This document shows positions 1 to 9,004 of a stretch of 64,000 bases of DNA, piece after piece; position 1 is the stretch's first letter; every line of letters begins with the position of its first letter. The notes under the pieces are model-generated. The model made no database searches, was not told where the DNA came from, and saw only the letters and a program-made list of their open reading frames with translations. This DNA comes from Myxococcales bacterium (GTDB lineage Bacteria; Myxococcota_A; Bradymonadia; UBA7976; UBA1532): the NCBI GenBank assembly GCA_002731825.1, contig PCCS01000001.1:202962-266961 (forward strand), given 5' to 3'. The translations under genes were made by a program, and so were the position numbers.

Positions 1-1064
1 GCGCCGACTCGCTGTATAAAGCAGCTGTCTTGCAGGAACGGACGCAGCAATATCTTCAGGCCGCTGCCAACTTCGAGCGGTATGCGCAGCTTTTTCCAAA
101 TCGAAAAGATACGGCAGAGACTTTTTTTCGGGCCGGTGATACCTATCGGAAGTTAAAAGATACCCGAAACGAAATTCGTGTTTATGACCGATTTGCGCGG
201 GAATACGGGTCAGACCCGGCACAAAATCCGCTAGTCGTCGAAGGCTTGACACGCGTCGCCAAAATTTACGAAGCGCAAGGGAAGAAAAGGCAAGCCGCAC
301 AGACTTGGCAACGTGTCATAGACGAATTCAACAGCCGTGGTATGCAGCCTGCAACCTATGAAGCCAATTACCCAGCGGAAGCTTCTTTTCGTCTCGTCGA
401 GCGCGATTTTGTTGTCTATGAGCGACTCAAGATCAGCGGCTCCATGAAAAACCAGGGTCGGGTAATCAAGGACATGACTCGACGCCTGAAAGAACTAGAG
501 CGTCGATACAGTGAGGTCCTTCAGTATCGAGCTGATACCTGGAGCATTGCCGCTCTATATCGCATAGGCCACATCTATCAATTATTTGCTGAAGCTTTCT
601 ACAATGCACCGATTCCGGACACCCTTTCGGAAGAAGAGCAGGATGTCTACCGCACTATGCTAGAAGACCAGGCTATGCCCGTAGAAGACAAAGCGGTCAC
701 CAAATATAAATTTGCTATTAAAAAAGCGAGAGAACTCAAGATTGTCAATGAGTGGACGAAACGCATCCTGACTTCACTCAATAAGTACCTTCCCAGCGAC
801 TATCCGCTGTTTAAAGAAGAGCTGAGACTCTCTGCTGGCCGGCAATTGACCACGCCGAGAATGATCAACCTGGGCGAGCCAAAATCTGTGGTGACTGATA
901 CGCCCGAGACGTCGGGCCCGGTCGAGCCGAAACAAGGTGGTGAGACCTCCGATTCAAATGCGTCCTCAGACGAAGACGCGCCAAATGTGCCGACTAATGC
1001 GAATGAGTCGAATAATCGGAAACAACCCAAAGAACCTGGTGTCGATAAGGAGGAGGAGAAATGA
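1..1064 (+). CDS. TPR-like repeat protein, C-terminal part (5' end outside window); GltD/AgmU-like position
   Basis: The frame of ORF 30..1064 stays open back to nt 3, so the gene is cut by the window edge. Helical TPR-like text (YLQAAANFERYAQLF, AKIYEAQGKKRQAAQTWQRVI) and an acidic/Ser-rich tail. Its stop overlaps the next start in ATGA (1061-1064). Confidence 0.6.
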   Translation, partial: ADSLYKAAVLQERTQQYLQAAANFERYAQLFPNRKDTAETFFRAGDTYRKLKDTRNEIRVYDRFAREYGSDPAQNPLVVEGLTRVAKIYEAQGKKRQAAQTWQRVIDEFNSRGMQPATYEANYPAEASFRLVERDFVVYERLKISGSMKNQGRVIKDMTRRLKELERRYSEVLQYRADTWSIAALYRIGHIYQLFAEAFYNAPIPDTLSEEEQDVYRTMLEDQAMPVEDKAVTKYKFAIKKARELKIVNEWTKRILTSLNKYLPSDYPLFKEELRLSAGRQLTTPRMINLGEPKSVVTDTPETSGPVEPKQGGETSDSNASSDEDAPNVPTNANESNNRKQPKEPGVDKEEEK

Positions 1065-2416
1065 GTCAGTCTAAATTTTTCATCTTCTTTTGTGCGGTTT
1101 TCTATTTGGGTTGTGGCGGCCGACCTCAGCCAAAATTAGAAGAGCAACAAAGCCGTGTAGAAACATCACAGGGTGATGCTCAGACCGATTCGACTCAGGG
1201 CGTGCCATCTGGTGTGCCTACGCCTTCGGTTATGCGGCTCACACCGCAAGAGCTCAGGGGCCTGCTCGATGAAGCCCGCCAATCGGTCAGCGATGGAGAT
1301 TTGACCAGTGCTGAAGAAAAATTCAAAGAGGTGATCTTACAGGCTGTGTCGCCCACTGAAAACGAAGTGATGATTTTGGCCGAGGCACGGTTTAATCTTG
1401 CCGTCCTTGCAGAGTGGCAAGGCGACTACACACGAGCCAAACGTGACTATGAGGCATCACTGACCCATGCCCCTGAACTGGGTGACTCTGTCGTCGCCAT
1501 TGGTCGCATTATGATTCGAGAAGGCGATGAAGCCGGTGCAGTTAATTATGCCTCAGGACGTCTGACAGCTAAGCCAAAAAGTATTGCTCTGCGAAATGCC
1601 GTCAACAGTTTGCGTATTGCCACCAATCGCGATCTCGGTCGAGTAGAGCAAGATAGTAAGGCCATCCTCAGGAAAGACGAGACCAACTTGTCTGCAATGG
1701 TCAATCTTGCTGTCGTCTATGCAAGAAAAGGGAAGCATGAGCTTGCCGTCGCCATACTCAACAACGCAAACGCCATGGATGAATCGAATCCCGAGATCTT
1801 CTGGAGATTAGCGAACTCTCATTTAGCATTGAAAGATAAGATCGATGCAAGAGTTGCACTTGAAGCCGCCGCCAATCTGCCCCAAGGCGGTAGCGCGGAG
1901 GTCTATAACAACCTTGGCCTCATCTACCATGAGGCTGGTGACTACGGAAATGCCGAGATACAGTTTCGCCGTGCCCTAGCCAGATGGCCCGATATGCTAG
2001 CGGCCAGAGTGAATCTGGGGAATTCGCTTAAGGGACAACAAAGATACTCAGAAGCATTGACTGTATTTAAACAGGCAGAGATGATCCCGGGCGGCCGACC
2101 AACAATCGCTTATAATATGGGTATTCTACTCCTCGATGGCCAGTTTCCCGATCAGAATGCCATCGAGCGATTAAACCGATCGGTGTCTCTTCTGGAGGAG
2201 TATCGAACGTCTGAAAAAGACCCCAAGGCAAAAAAACTGGCGCAGAGTTATGTCAACGAAGCCAAGAAAAGAATTATTGTCGAGCAGAAGCGTGCCGAAC
2301 AAATGCGAAATAGCCAGAAGCAGCCTCCGCCCGAAGACGATTCCGCAGTCGATGAGATAGATACAGACGACGTTAACGACGATGGGGCTGATGACTCCGG
2401 AGATGGAGAGCAATGA
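1061..2416 (+). CDS. TPR-repeat protein, probable lipoprotein (GltE/AglT-like position)
   Basis: ATGA overlap with the upstream stop. N-terminal signal ending FYLGC|GG. TPR text throughout (AEARFNLAVLAEWQGDYTRAKRDYEASL, YNNLGLIYHEAGDYGNAEIQFRRAL) and an Asp-rich C-terminal tail. Confidence 0.7.
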   Translation: MSQSKFFIFFCAVFYLGCGGRPQPKLEEQQSRVETSQGDAQTDSTQGVPSGVPTPSVMRLTPQELRGLLDEARQSVSDGDLTSAEEKFKEVILQAVSPTENEVMILAEARFNLAVLAEWQGDYTRAKRDYEASLTHAPELGDSVVAIGRIMIREGDEAGAVNYASGRLTAKPKSIALRNAVNSLRIATNRDLGRVEQDSKAILRKDETNLSAMVNLAVVYARKGKHELAVAILNNANAMDESNPEIFWRLANSHLALKDKIDARVALEAAANLPQGGSAEVYNNLGLIYHEAGDYGNAEIQFRRALARWPDMLAARVNLGNSLKGQQRYSEALTVFKQAEMIPGGRPTIAYNMGILLLDGQFPDQNAIERLNRSVSLLEEYRTSEKDPKAKKLAQSYVNEAKKRIIVEQKRAEQMRNSQKQPPPEDDSAVDEIDTDDVNDDGADDSGDGEQ

Positions 2417-2679
2417 TGAGTGATCGCATGCAGCGAGTGCTTTTATTCGGTGTTCTAGCAGCCTGCATTTGGCTCGTTACACCCGCATTTGGCCAGCCCA
2501 GTTCATCTCGACGAACCCCGCGAGTCATACAAATCGATACGATCAAAGTCGAGGGTCGAATACAGAAGCCTGAGGCATTTTTCTTTTTGCAACGGAGTCA
2601 ATTAAACTTCGAGGGGCTGGAGCCAAAAAAGAGCTTTCTTCCTTTAATCATAAAGAGCGTAGACAAACAGCCTTTCTAG
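2413..2679 (+). CDS. small secreted protein, unknown function
   Basis: 88 aa with ATGA overlap to the upstream stop and a signal peptide (VLLFGVLAACIWLVTPAFG|QP). No recognisable domain. Confidence 0.5.
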   Translation: MMSDRMQRVLLFGVLAACIWLVTPAFGQPSSSRRTPRVIQIDTIKVEGRIQKPEAFFFLQRSQLNFEGLEPKKSFLPLIIKSVDKQPF

Positions 2680-2937
2680 GTACATTATGTCGGGGAGTAC
2701 AACCGGAAGGAGTGGGATTGAGTGCAAAATCCTGCCCAGCCACAGAAAAGTGTGGATCCCCGTTTGTTTAGGATGATATTAAAACCGAGCCGTTCCACTG
2801 GACCGGCCAGCTAAAACTTAACGCAGTCGCAAGATCAGCCTACGGAGGCCGCTCTTGAATCGGAAAAAGGGGTGACAGAAATCACGCCAAATATTTCCGT
2901 GTGACGTAACTTTCCCCCTTATGGAGGACCGCGAGCA

Positions 2938-3588
2938 ATGGACGTTATCGCTACATTTTACAAGCAAGGTGGCGCTTGGATGCACCCAATTTTGGCAATG
3001 AGCATCATCGGCCTCGGCATTATGATCGAGCGTTTTATCTTTTTGTACTTCAAGTACAATATTAACGCGTCGGCCTTTATGGCTCAGATCCAAAAGCTGG
3101 TGATGGCGAACAACATTGATCGAGCCATAAAGCTCTGTAGCGCTGCTCCATCGGCTGCTCTGCCAAGAGTCATTAAGGCGGGCTTGATGCGGGCTAACAA
3201 AGGTCCGGATGAGATCCAGAACGCAGTTGAAGAAGCGACTCTTGAGATCGTGCCAATCGTAACAAAGAGAACGACAGTCCTGCAGCAGATTGCGAATATC
3301 GCAACGCTTCTCGGACTTCTCGGTACGATTTTGGGACTGATCGCCGCGTTCGACGCCTTGAAGAATCCAAACATTCCTGCTGACCAAAGACAGTCCATGC
3401 TCGCAGGTGGTATCGCGATGGCGATGAATACCACGGCGTTCGGTCTTATCGTCGCGATTCCTTGCCTCATCGCACAGGTGTTCTTGACCAGCGTGACAAA
3501 GAAGATCATCGACGAAATCGACCAGTACTCAGTCCGTCTTGAGAATCTGCTTGTATCCCGACTACATGGGAACGCGGGCGAGAACTAA
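2938..3588 (+). CDS. MotA/TolQ/ExbB-family proton channel
   Basis: 216 aa with family-typical text (MHPILAMSIIGLGIMIERF, LLGLLGTILGLIAAF, GGIAMAMNTTAFGLIVAIPCL). GGAGGA lies upstream of the ATG. Confidence 0.9.
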   Translation: MDVIATFYKQGGAWMHPILAMSIIGLGIMIERFIFLYFKYNINASAFMAQIQKLVMANNIDRAIKLCSAAPSAALPRVIKAGLMRANKGPDEIQNAVEEATLEIVPIVTKRTTVLQQIANIATLLGLLGTILGLIAAFDALKNPNIPADQRQSMLAGGIAMAMNTTAFGLIVAIPCLIAQVFLTSVTKKIIDEIDQYSVRLENLLVSRLHGNAGEN

Positions 3589-3681
3589 ACGGACGCTTTT
3601 GATGTCATAATTAGAGCGCTCGCATGACGACATGCCGCGCTCAAACGTGAACATTAATTTGAGACTGGAAGAGGGTTTAAA

Positions 3682-4350
3682 ATGGCGCGCTCTAGAAAAA
3701 AAGGACTTGACGACAAAATCGAGGATCTCAATCTCGTTCCAATCATGAACTTGGTTGTTTGCTTGATTCCGATGGTTCTTTTGGGAACTGCACTCGTCAA
3801 AGTCGGTGTTATCAATGTCAATGCGCCGAACTTCGGTATGGGTAAAAGTTCCAACGAAAACGAAGATGAAAAAAAACCACTTAACTTGACGGTGATGATT
3901 GGCGAAAAGGGCATCATGATCAAAGCGAGTGTTCCCCTAAATGCTATCATCAAGCCAACAGACGGTGTTGAAGTAAGCGAGAGCGGGATTAACATCAAAG
4001 AGGTCGAACCATTTCGAATGCATGACATCGAAGTGGGTAAGAATGAAACGGTGAAAAAACCCTTTTACCATTTTAACTTCCCTGTTCTCTATTCTTTGAT
4101 GGCCCAGATTAAAGATGGCGTCAAAGACCAGTATCCGAACGAGACGGTTATTAAACTTGCCGTCGATTCGAATATTCCAGTCAAGCACGTCATCGAAGCG
4201 ATGGATTCAATCCGATTCCGACTTGAGAAGGATACGTACGTCAAGGATACGGAGTTCAAAGAAGCTAGCGTTAAGTACGAAGAAGTCGACGGGAAGAGAC
4301 GTGCTGTACCCTTGTGGCCGGACGTGATGTTTGCAGCTAAGGCGCAATAG
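3682..4350 (+). CDS. ExbD/TolR-family protein (long form)
   Basis: 222 aa. Basic N-terminus followed by one TM with ExbD/TolR signature (LNLVPIMNLVVCLIPMVLL), then a periplasmic domain. Confidence 0.8.
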   Translation: MARSRKKGLDDKIEDLNLVPIMNLVVCLIPMVLLGTALVKVGVINVNAPNFGMGKSSNENEDEKKPLNLTVMIGEKGIMIKASVPLNAIIKPTDGVEVSESGINIKEVEPFRMHDIEVGKNETVKKPFYHFNFPVLYSLMAQIKDGVKDQYPNETVIKLAVDSNIPVKHVIEAMDSIRFRLEKDTYVKDTEFKEASVKYEEVDGKRRAVPLWPDVMFAAKAQ

Positions 4351-4377
4351 TTTAACGCACACTGATTAGGAATCGAA

Positions 4378-5001
4378 ATGGCTGAGCAACGAGAAAAAAC
4401 TCGCGACGAAATTATAGCCGACTGGGTCCAGGGCGAAAAAGTTAAGCAGCGTGCTGGTCGCAAGAAGCGTCGAATGGTGGATGGTGAAGCCACTGTCACT
4501 ATCAACTCATTGATGGACGCCATGACCATCATCCTCATTTTCTTGTTGATGAATTATTCGATGGACCCGCTGAGAGTGGACTCGAGTAAAGACCTAAAAC
4601 TTCCCATCTCGAACACAGAACTTCTGCCAAAGAAGACCATAGCTCTGACCATCAGTGCCAAGTCAATCATCCTGGATGGCGAGCCCGTTTGTGAAGTTAA
4701 GAACGGCGCAATAAGTAAAATGGATAAGGGCGGAGATGAAAACTCAATGCTCATCCAGCCGCTGCTGACTAAGCTTCAGGCCGCTGCGGCTAATCAAAAA
4801 GAAATCGACACTCGAATGAATCAGAAATTTGAGGGTATGATTACCTTCATCGCCCACGATGATACGCCCTACAGTCTACTGCGGGATGTCATGTACACAG
4901 CGACGAATGCAGACTTTAAAAAGTTTAAATTTGCTGTCTCAAAGGGTGGGCGTCGCGGCTACCAGGCGCCCGGGGGCAAAGCTAAAGAGGGCCTCTTTTA
5001 G
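4378..5001 (+). CDS. ExbD/TolR-family protein (second paralog, long form)
   Basis: 207 aa. Basic N-terminus, ExbD-type TM (TINSLMDAMTIILIFLLMNY) and a periplasmic domain. Confidence 0.8.
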   Translation: MAEQREKTRDEIIADWVQGEKVKQRAGRKKRRMVDGEATVTINSLMDAMTIILIFLLMNYSMDPLRVDSSKDLKLPISNTELLPKKTIALTISAKSIILDGEPVCEVKNGAISKMDKGGDENSMLIQPLLTKLQAAAANQKEIDTRMNQKFEGMITFIAHDDTPYSLLRDVMYTATNADFKKFKFAVSKGGRRGYQAPGGKAKEGLF

Positions 5002-5407
5002 GCAACTTAACGCGTGGGTCTCTGTTGCGTAATTGGAGCGAGCTGACCGCGAGTCGTTTCGAACACCTGTCCATATCTAGAAATCTCCTCAAACGTAGTG
5101 TAATTCAGTGAGATCCGTCATGAGATTGTCGTCAGATATACACAAACCGTGGGCGCGTTCAGATTTAGCCGAATCTATGTTTGATCGGCGCGTTGTTGAA
5201 CTTGCAACTGATCTCAGGCGGAGCTAGTGTGTCTTTAGAGTTAGGGCATCCCAGACGAATAAGTTTAGGAACATTAGGCCATGGCCTGGTGTCGCTTAGA
5301 TGTCTGGCGCGACAAATGAGTTCGCGATTCGCCGGTAACATGTTGGGTTGTCGCAATAACGAAGCGCCATGGACAGTTGATGGTAGCACGATGGAAGGAC
5401 GTTCTGA

Positions 5408-6802
5408 ATGACAGACAGCAGGGATAAAAAAATCCTGCGAATCGGTCTCATCCAGAACGGGAAGATCGTAGAGGAACGATTATTAAGACGACGTGAAGCG
5501 GTCACCATTGGCCAATCACCGAGAAATACCTTCGTGATATCGTCAATAGCGGGCTTGCCAAAGAGCTATAATCTCTTTGAAGTTAAAGCCAGTAACTACC
5601 ACCTAAATTTCCGACCAGGCATGAACGGCAAAGTCTCCTTTGGTGACTCCGTCTATGATTTCAAGACACTTCGGGAGCAGAAACGGGCTAGGAAGCGAGG
5701 AGAAGGCTACGTCGTAGAGCTATCGGACCACAGCCGTGGCAAGGTGGTCTTCGGCGACGTTGTCATTCTCTTTCAATTCGTCACACCGCCGCCACCACCT
5801 TCGAAATTGCAATTGCCCGCTTCGATGAAGGGCGGCATAACGCAGCGGCTCGATTGGCCCTACGTCACGTCCTTGATGGCTAGCTTCGCTCTCCAAGTCT
5901 TCAGTTTGGCTTATATCGTGAGTCAAGATTATCCTGAGCCACCCAAGAGCTATGATTCTTTGCCGGATCGGTTCATTCAGATGATGGAGGCTCCGAAGAA
6001 GAAGCTTCCAGAACCAAAACCTGAAAAAGATGACAAGAAAAAGAAGGAAGACGACGAAAAGTCGAAGGTCAAAAAACCTAAGGCTAAGAAAACCCAAGTC
6101 GTGGTGAAGGAACCACCAAAAGAGAAGCCCGCTGAGAATCCTGAGCAAAAGGCCCGCCGTAAGGCAAAAGAGCTACGAAAAATGCAGAAGGAAGTCAGCA
6201 ACAAGACGATTCTTAAATTTATCGGCGTCAAGGGGGATGGTGAGGGTAGCATAATAGATTCCCTGACTGATGGCAGTCCGGACGTCAAAATGGAAGACGC
6301 GTTTTCGGGCAACGGTGGCGTTATGCAGGCGACCAAGAAGGGCATGGGACGAGACCGCCGCATTGGCAGTACGCGCGGTAAGGTAACCGGTATTTCCACC
6401 AAAGATCTTAAAGGGAAGCGCAGCCGTGTTGCTGGTGGAAAGAAGGGCAAAGAGACGAAGGTCAGAGGCAAGATTAAGGTCAGGCGGCCCAGTGCTGCAT
6501 TCGGTACCGGCGTGCTCGATTCGGCGTCTATTGCCCGGGTTGTCAATCGCCGAAAAGGTGCCATTAGAAGTTGTTACGAAAAGCAGTTAAAAAAGAATCC
6601 GAAGCTCGCAGGTAGCGTGAAAGTTCAGTTCACCATTTTGCAGAGTGGCCGGGTCGGTTCAGCGCGGATCCAGAAAAATACCACTGGTGATGGCGCGGTT
6701 GGATCGTGCATCGCGAGCCGTATCAAACGCTGGAAATTTCCAAAACCGGACGGTGGTAGCGTGACCGTCGCCTTCCCATTTGTCTTCTCGCCCGCGAATT
6801 AA
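5408..6802 (+). CDS. bitopic TonB-like protein with AgmX/PglI (GltJ/GltG)-type C-terminal domain
   Basis: 464 aa. Cytoplasmic N-domain (VTIGQSPRNTFVI, an FHA-like pattern), a PPPPP run plus TM (WPYVTSLMASFALQVFSLAYIV), and a Lys/Glu/Pro-rich linker of about 150 aa. The C-terminal ~100 aa (LDSASIARVVNRRKGAIRSCYEKQLKKNPKLAGSVKVQFTI...GSCIASRIKRWKFPKP) resembles the AgmX/PglI tail family. Confidence 0.75.
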   Translation: MTDSRDKKILRIGLIQNGKIVEERLLRRREAVTIGQSPRNTFVISSIAGLPKSYNLFEVKASNYHLNFRPGMNGKVSFGDSVYDFKTLREQKRARKRGEGYVVELSDHSRGKVVFGDVVILFQFVTPPPPPSKLQLPASMKGGITQRLDWPYVTSLMASFALQVFSLAYIVSQDYPEPPKSYDSLPDRFIQMMEAPKKKLPEPKPEKDDKKKKEDDEKSKVKKPKAKKTQVVVKEPPKEKPAENPEQKARRKAKELRKMQKEVSNKTILKFIGVKGDGEGSIIDSLTDGSPDVKMEDAFSGNGGVMQATKKGMGRDRRIGSTRGKVTGISTKDLKGKRSRVAGGKKGKETKVRGKIKVRRPSAAFGTGVLDSASIARVVNRRKGAIRSCYEKQLKKNPKLAGSVKVQFTILQSGRVGSARIQKNTTGDGAVGSCIASRIKRWKFPKPDGGSVTVAFPFVFSPAN

Positions 6803-6816
6803 GTTAAAAATTTAGC

Positions 6817-6845
6817 CGAGAAAACACAGCAATTGTTCTCGTTTT
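6817..6845 (+). terminator. weak candidate rho-independent terminator
   Basis: CGAGAA (6817-6822), a 13-nt loop, TTCTCG (6836-6841), then TTTT (6842-6845), starting 15 nt after the stop at 6802. The stem is short and the loop long, so confidence is low. Confidence 0.3.
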
Positions 6846-6915
6846 CGTATATATAGAAGGCGGGCATACTAAGTTGGTGTGTGAGAATTTTGACCGGTCG
6901 GTGTCCTGTTTGTAT

Positions 6916-7503
6916 ATGACAGTAGGGAGTAGCGTCGTGACCATGCCAGCATATACCTTCAAGGGGCTTCGATTTGCTGCGGGCATAGCAGTGGTCACGC
7001 TCTTCGCCTTTGGTTCCTCGGTCGCCAGCGCGGAAGAGCTCGGGGCCGGCTTGAGTGATGAGGATAAAGCACAGAACGTTACTGAAGCTTTATCGACCAT
7101 CAAGAAGACTCTTGGCTTCACTTTGAAGCGCCTTGACCTGGCTCGAGAGAACAAAGACATCATTCAAGTCAACTGTGTCAATGATAAGCTCACTGGCATC
7201 AAGGGATTCTTGGCAATCGCTGAGCGTTCGCAGGGCAGCTTGAAAGAAGCGAGAGCCCAACGAGACTCTAATCTATTGCAGCATGAATTTGCCAAAGTGA
7301 TGCTCATTCGTGACCGAGTCGAAAACCTAAAACTACAAGTTGAAGGCTGTGTAGGCGAAATAAGTCAATATACTGGCAATAGTCAGTTGACGCTGGAGGT
7401 CGATCCAGATATTCGAACCGACGACCCTGCTGTCACTGAAGCAGTACCAACCTTCGAGGCCCTTAATGGTGCGCGGCCTCCGGCGGTTACTGGCAGTGAG
7501 TAA
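6916..7503 (+). CDS. secreted helical protein, unknown function
   Basis: Start uncertain (ATG 6916, GTG 6937 preceded by AGGGAG, or ATG 6943; the ORF track gives 6874). Signal peptide (RFAAGIAVVTLFAFGSSVASA|EE) and coiled-coil-like text. Confidence 0.5.
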   Translation: MTVGSSVVTMPAYTFKGLRFAAGIAVVTLFAFGSSVASAEELGAGLSDEDKAQNVTEALSTIKKTLGFTLKRLDLARENKDIIQVNCVNDKLTGIKGFLAIAERSQGSLKEARAQRDSNLLQHEFAKVMLIRDRVENLKLQVEGCVGEISQYTGNSQLTLEVDPDIRTDDPAVTEAVPTFEALNGARPPAVTGSE

Positions 7504-7615
7504 GTGGGACCTGAAGATGACTAAAGGGAGTAGTTCGCTTTTATAGCGGCGACAAGTTGCAACATTGAACAACAATGCAGCGATAGCAGGTTCGCGACGA
7601 ACGGCGTTTGGACAG

Positions 7616-8956
7616 ATGATGAGCTTGGCAGCGCAACCCGTGTGTGCCCTTGTCTTTATTTTCTCTGTACTTCTTCTGCTCGATGATGCGTACGCGGTCG
7701 GCCCAGGTATTCGGAACGGCAATGTCGTCTTGCATCCGCGACTCAGCCTGTCGGCTGGCTATGATAGCAACTTTTGGCGTGAATCTGATGCGGAAGCGAC
7801 GGCGCCAGTCAATCCGGTCAAGGTTTTCAAATTCGGGGGCGGACTTAGTCTTAAGAACAGAAATGCAAACCGGGCCGCGCTTACTTTAGACCTAGACGCC
7901 ATGGGGCGTTATGTCACAGCTGATAATGCCGATGAGACGGCGAGTTCACTAGACCAAGCCGCAGCCATGGACCAAGCTAGAGGTCGACTCCGGTTCTCAC
8001 TCTTACCTCGCAAGCCCATATCCATTGATTTGTTTGCGCGCGGTACATACTCCGAACAACCTGGCGTCGAGCTGTTGAAGGAAGATGGCTACAACCGTTT
8101 GTCAGCTTCATTCGGCCCAGACATCCGGTTTCGTCCTGGTGGTCGACCTGGAAATCGGGCTTTGGAATTACGACTCGGCTACCGTTTCAGTATCGATCGT
8201 ACGCTTGCGACGTCTACTGCCCTAGGCAGTAATCGTGGTGATAAGAACACCCAAGAACTTCAGCTGCTCACCCATTGGAAGTTTTTCCCGAAGACTGCCT
8301 TATTTATCGATGTCCGATACTGGATGGTTGACTATAGACAGGGCGTCGATTTGGATCAGGACGGTAACCCGATCGATGGACCAAATCGCGATCTGAATCC
8401 CCTCCGAGCTGAATTGGGCATTCAAGGATTGCTCACGCGGCGTCTTTCGCTCACCTTACGTGGTGGTTACAGCAATAGCTTTCATGATGCTGGCGACTCC
8501 TACGGAGGCCCAATCGCTCGAGCCGACATTGAGTATCGTTTCGAACCGCGCTTGGTACTCGGCATGGGTTATGCTTTTAAGCTGGGTGATGATGCGTTTT
8601 CGAACTATTACACGCTTCAGAGGGGCAATATTCGTTTCAGAGTCAACATACCTGGCCGTGTCTTCATAAGCGGTCGGGCTGGAATTGACTATTACAAGTA
8701 TAGCCGCGATGGTGCACCCAGTTGGACTGCCCTATTGCCCGACCGCACGGAACCCATTTTTTTGGGTCGTGGTGAGTTTGGTTGGGAACCCGTCGATTGG
8801 TTCAAGCTTTCGGCCGCCTGGACCTTCGAGAATAATCGCAGCAAATACTACTATTGCCTCGGTGAGAATCCTGGCAATTGCTTTGCCGGTGACCCAATCG
8901 ACCTTGCGGAGTACACACGTCACACAGTGATGCTCAGCGCGACCGGCAATTACTGA
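7616..8956 (+). CDS. outer-membrane beta-barrel protein (candidate porin partner of the short Wza)
   Basis: I prefer ATG 7616 (MMSLAAQPVCALVFIFSVLLLLDDAYA|VGP signal) over the TTG at 7565. Alternating beta-strand text with many Gly/Tyr/Arg/Asp, ending in ...LSATGNY. Confidence 0.65.
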   Translation: MMSLAAQPVCALVFIFSVLLLLDDAYAVGPGIRNGNVVLHPRLSLSAGYDSNFWRESDAEATAPVNPVKVFKFGGGLSLKNRNANRAALTLDLDAMGRYVTADNADETASSLDQAAAMDQARGRLRFSLLPRKPISIDLFARGTYSEQPGVELLKEDGYNRLSASFGPDIRFRPGGRPGNRALELRLGYRFSIDRTLATSTALGSNRGDKNTQELQLLTHWKFFPKTALFIDVRYWMVDYRQGVDLDQDGNPIDGPNRDLNPLRAELGIQGLLTRRLSLTLRGGYSNSFHDAGDSYGGPIARADIEYRFEPRLVLGMGYAFKLGDDAFSNYYTLQRGNIRFRVNIPGRVFISGRAGIDYYKYSRDGAPSWTALLPDRTEPIFLGRGEFGWEPVDWFKLSAAWTFENNRSKYYYCLGENPGNCFAGDPIDLAEYTRHTVMLSATGNY

Positions 8957-9004
8957 TCCGTTCCGACGGGAGCACCAAGCCGAAGTGAGGCTGGGGATGT
9001 TCGA

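Noticed and set aside
2818-3509. Minus-strand ORFs of 189 and 141 aa overlapping the ExbB/TolQ gene.
   Set aside because: The plus-strand product is a textbook MotA/TolQ/ExbB protein, and the antisense translations lack any recognisable features.
5181-5411. 76-aa plus-strand ORF in the 406-bp gap whose TGA overlaps the 5408 ATG.
   Set aside because: It has a TTG start without an RBS and a Gly/Leu/Ser/Arg-rich composition unlike neighbouring proteins. The ATGA overlap alone is insufficient. The region is kept as a non-coding gap finding instead.
5720-6564. Minus-strand ORFs of 142 aa and 195 aa inside the AgmX/PglI-tail gene.
   Set aside because: They are antisense to the Lys/Glu/Pro-rich linker, where AAG/GAA repeats read as F/L/S-rich runs. 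They have no RBS or domain features, while the plus-strand frame is continuous with recognisable N- and C-terminal domains.
7616-8956. Assigning the 446-aa beta-barrel to the upstream Agl/Glt-like cluster as a GltH-type OMP.
   Set aside because: This cannot be excluded, but the barrel lies 49 bp upstream of the helix-less short Wza, which needs an OM pore partner. It is also separated from the AgmX-tail gene by a candidate terminator and another gene. The alternative is noted in the OPX finding.
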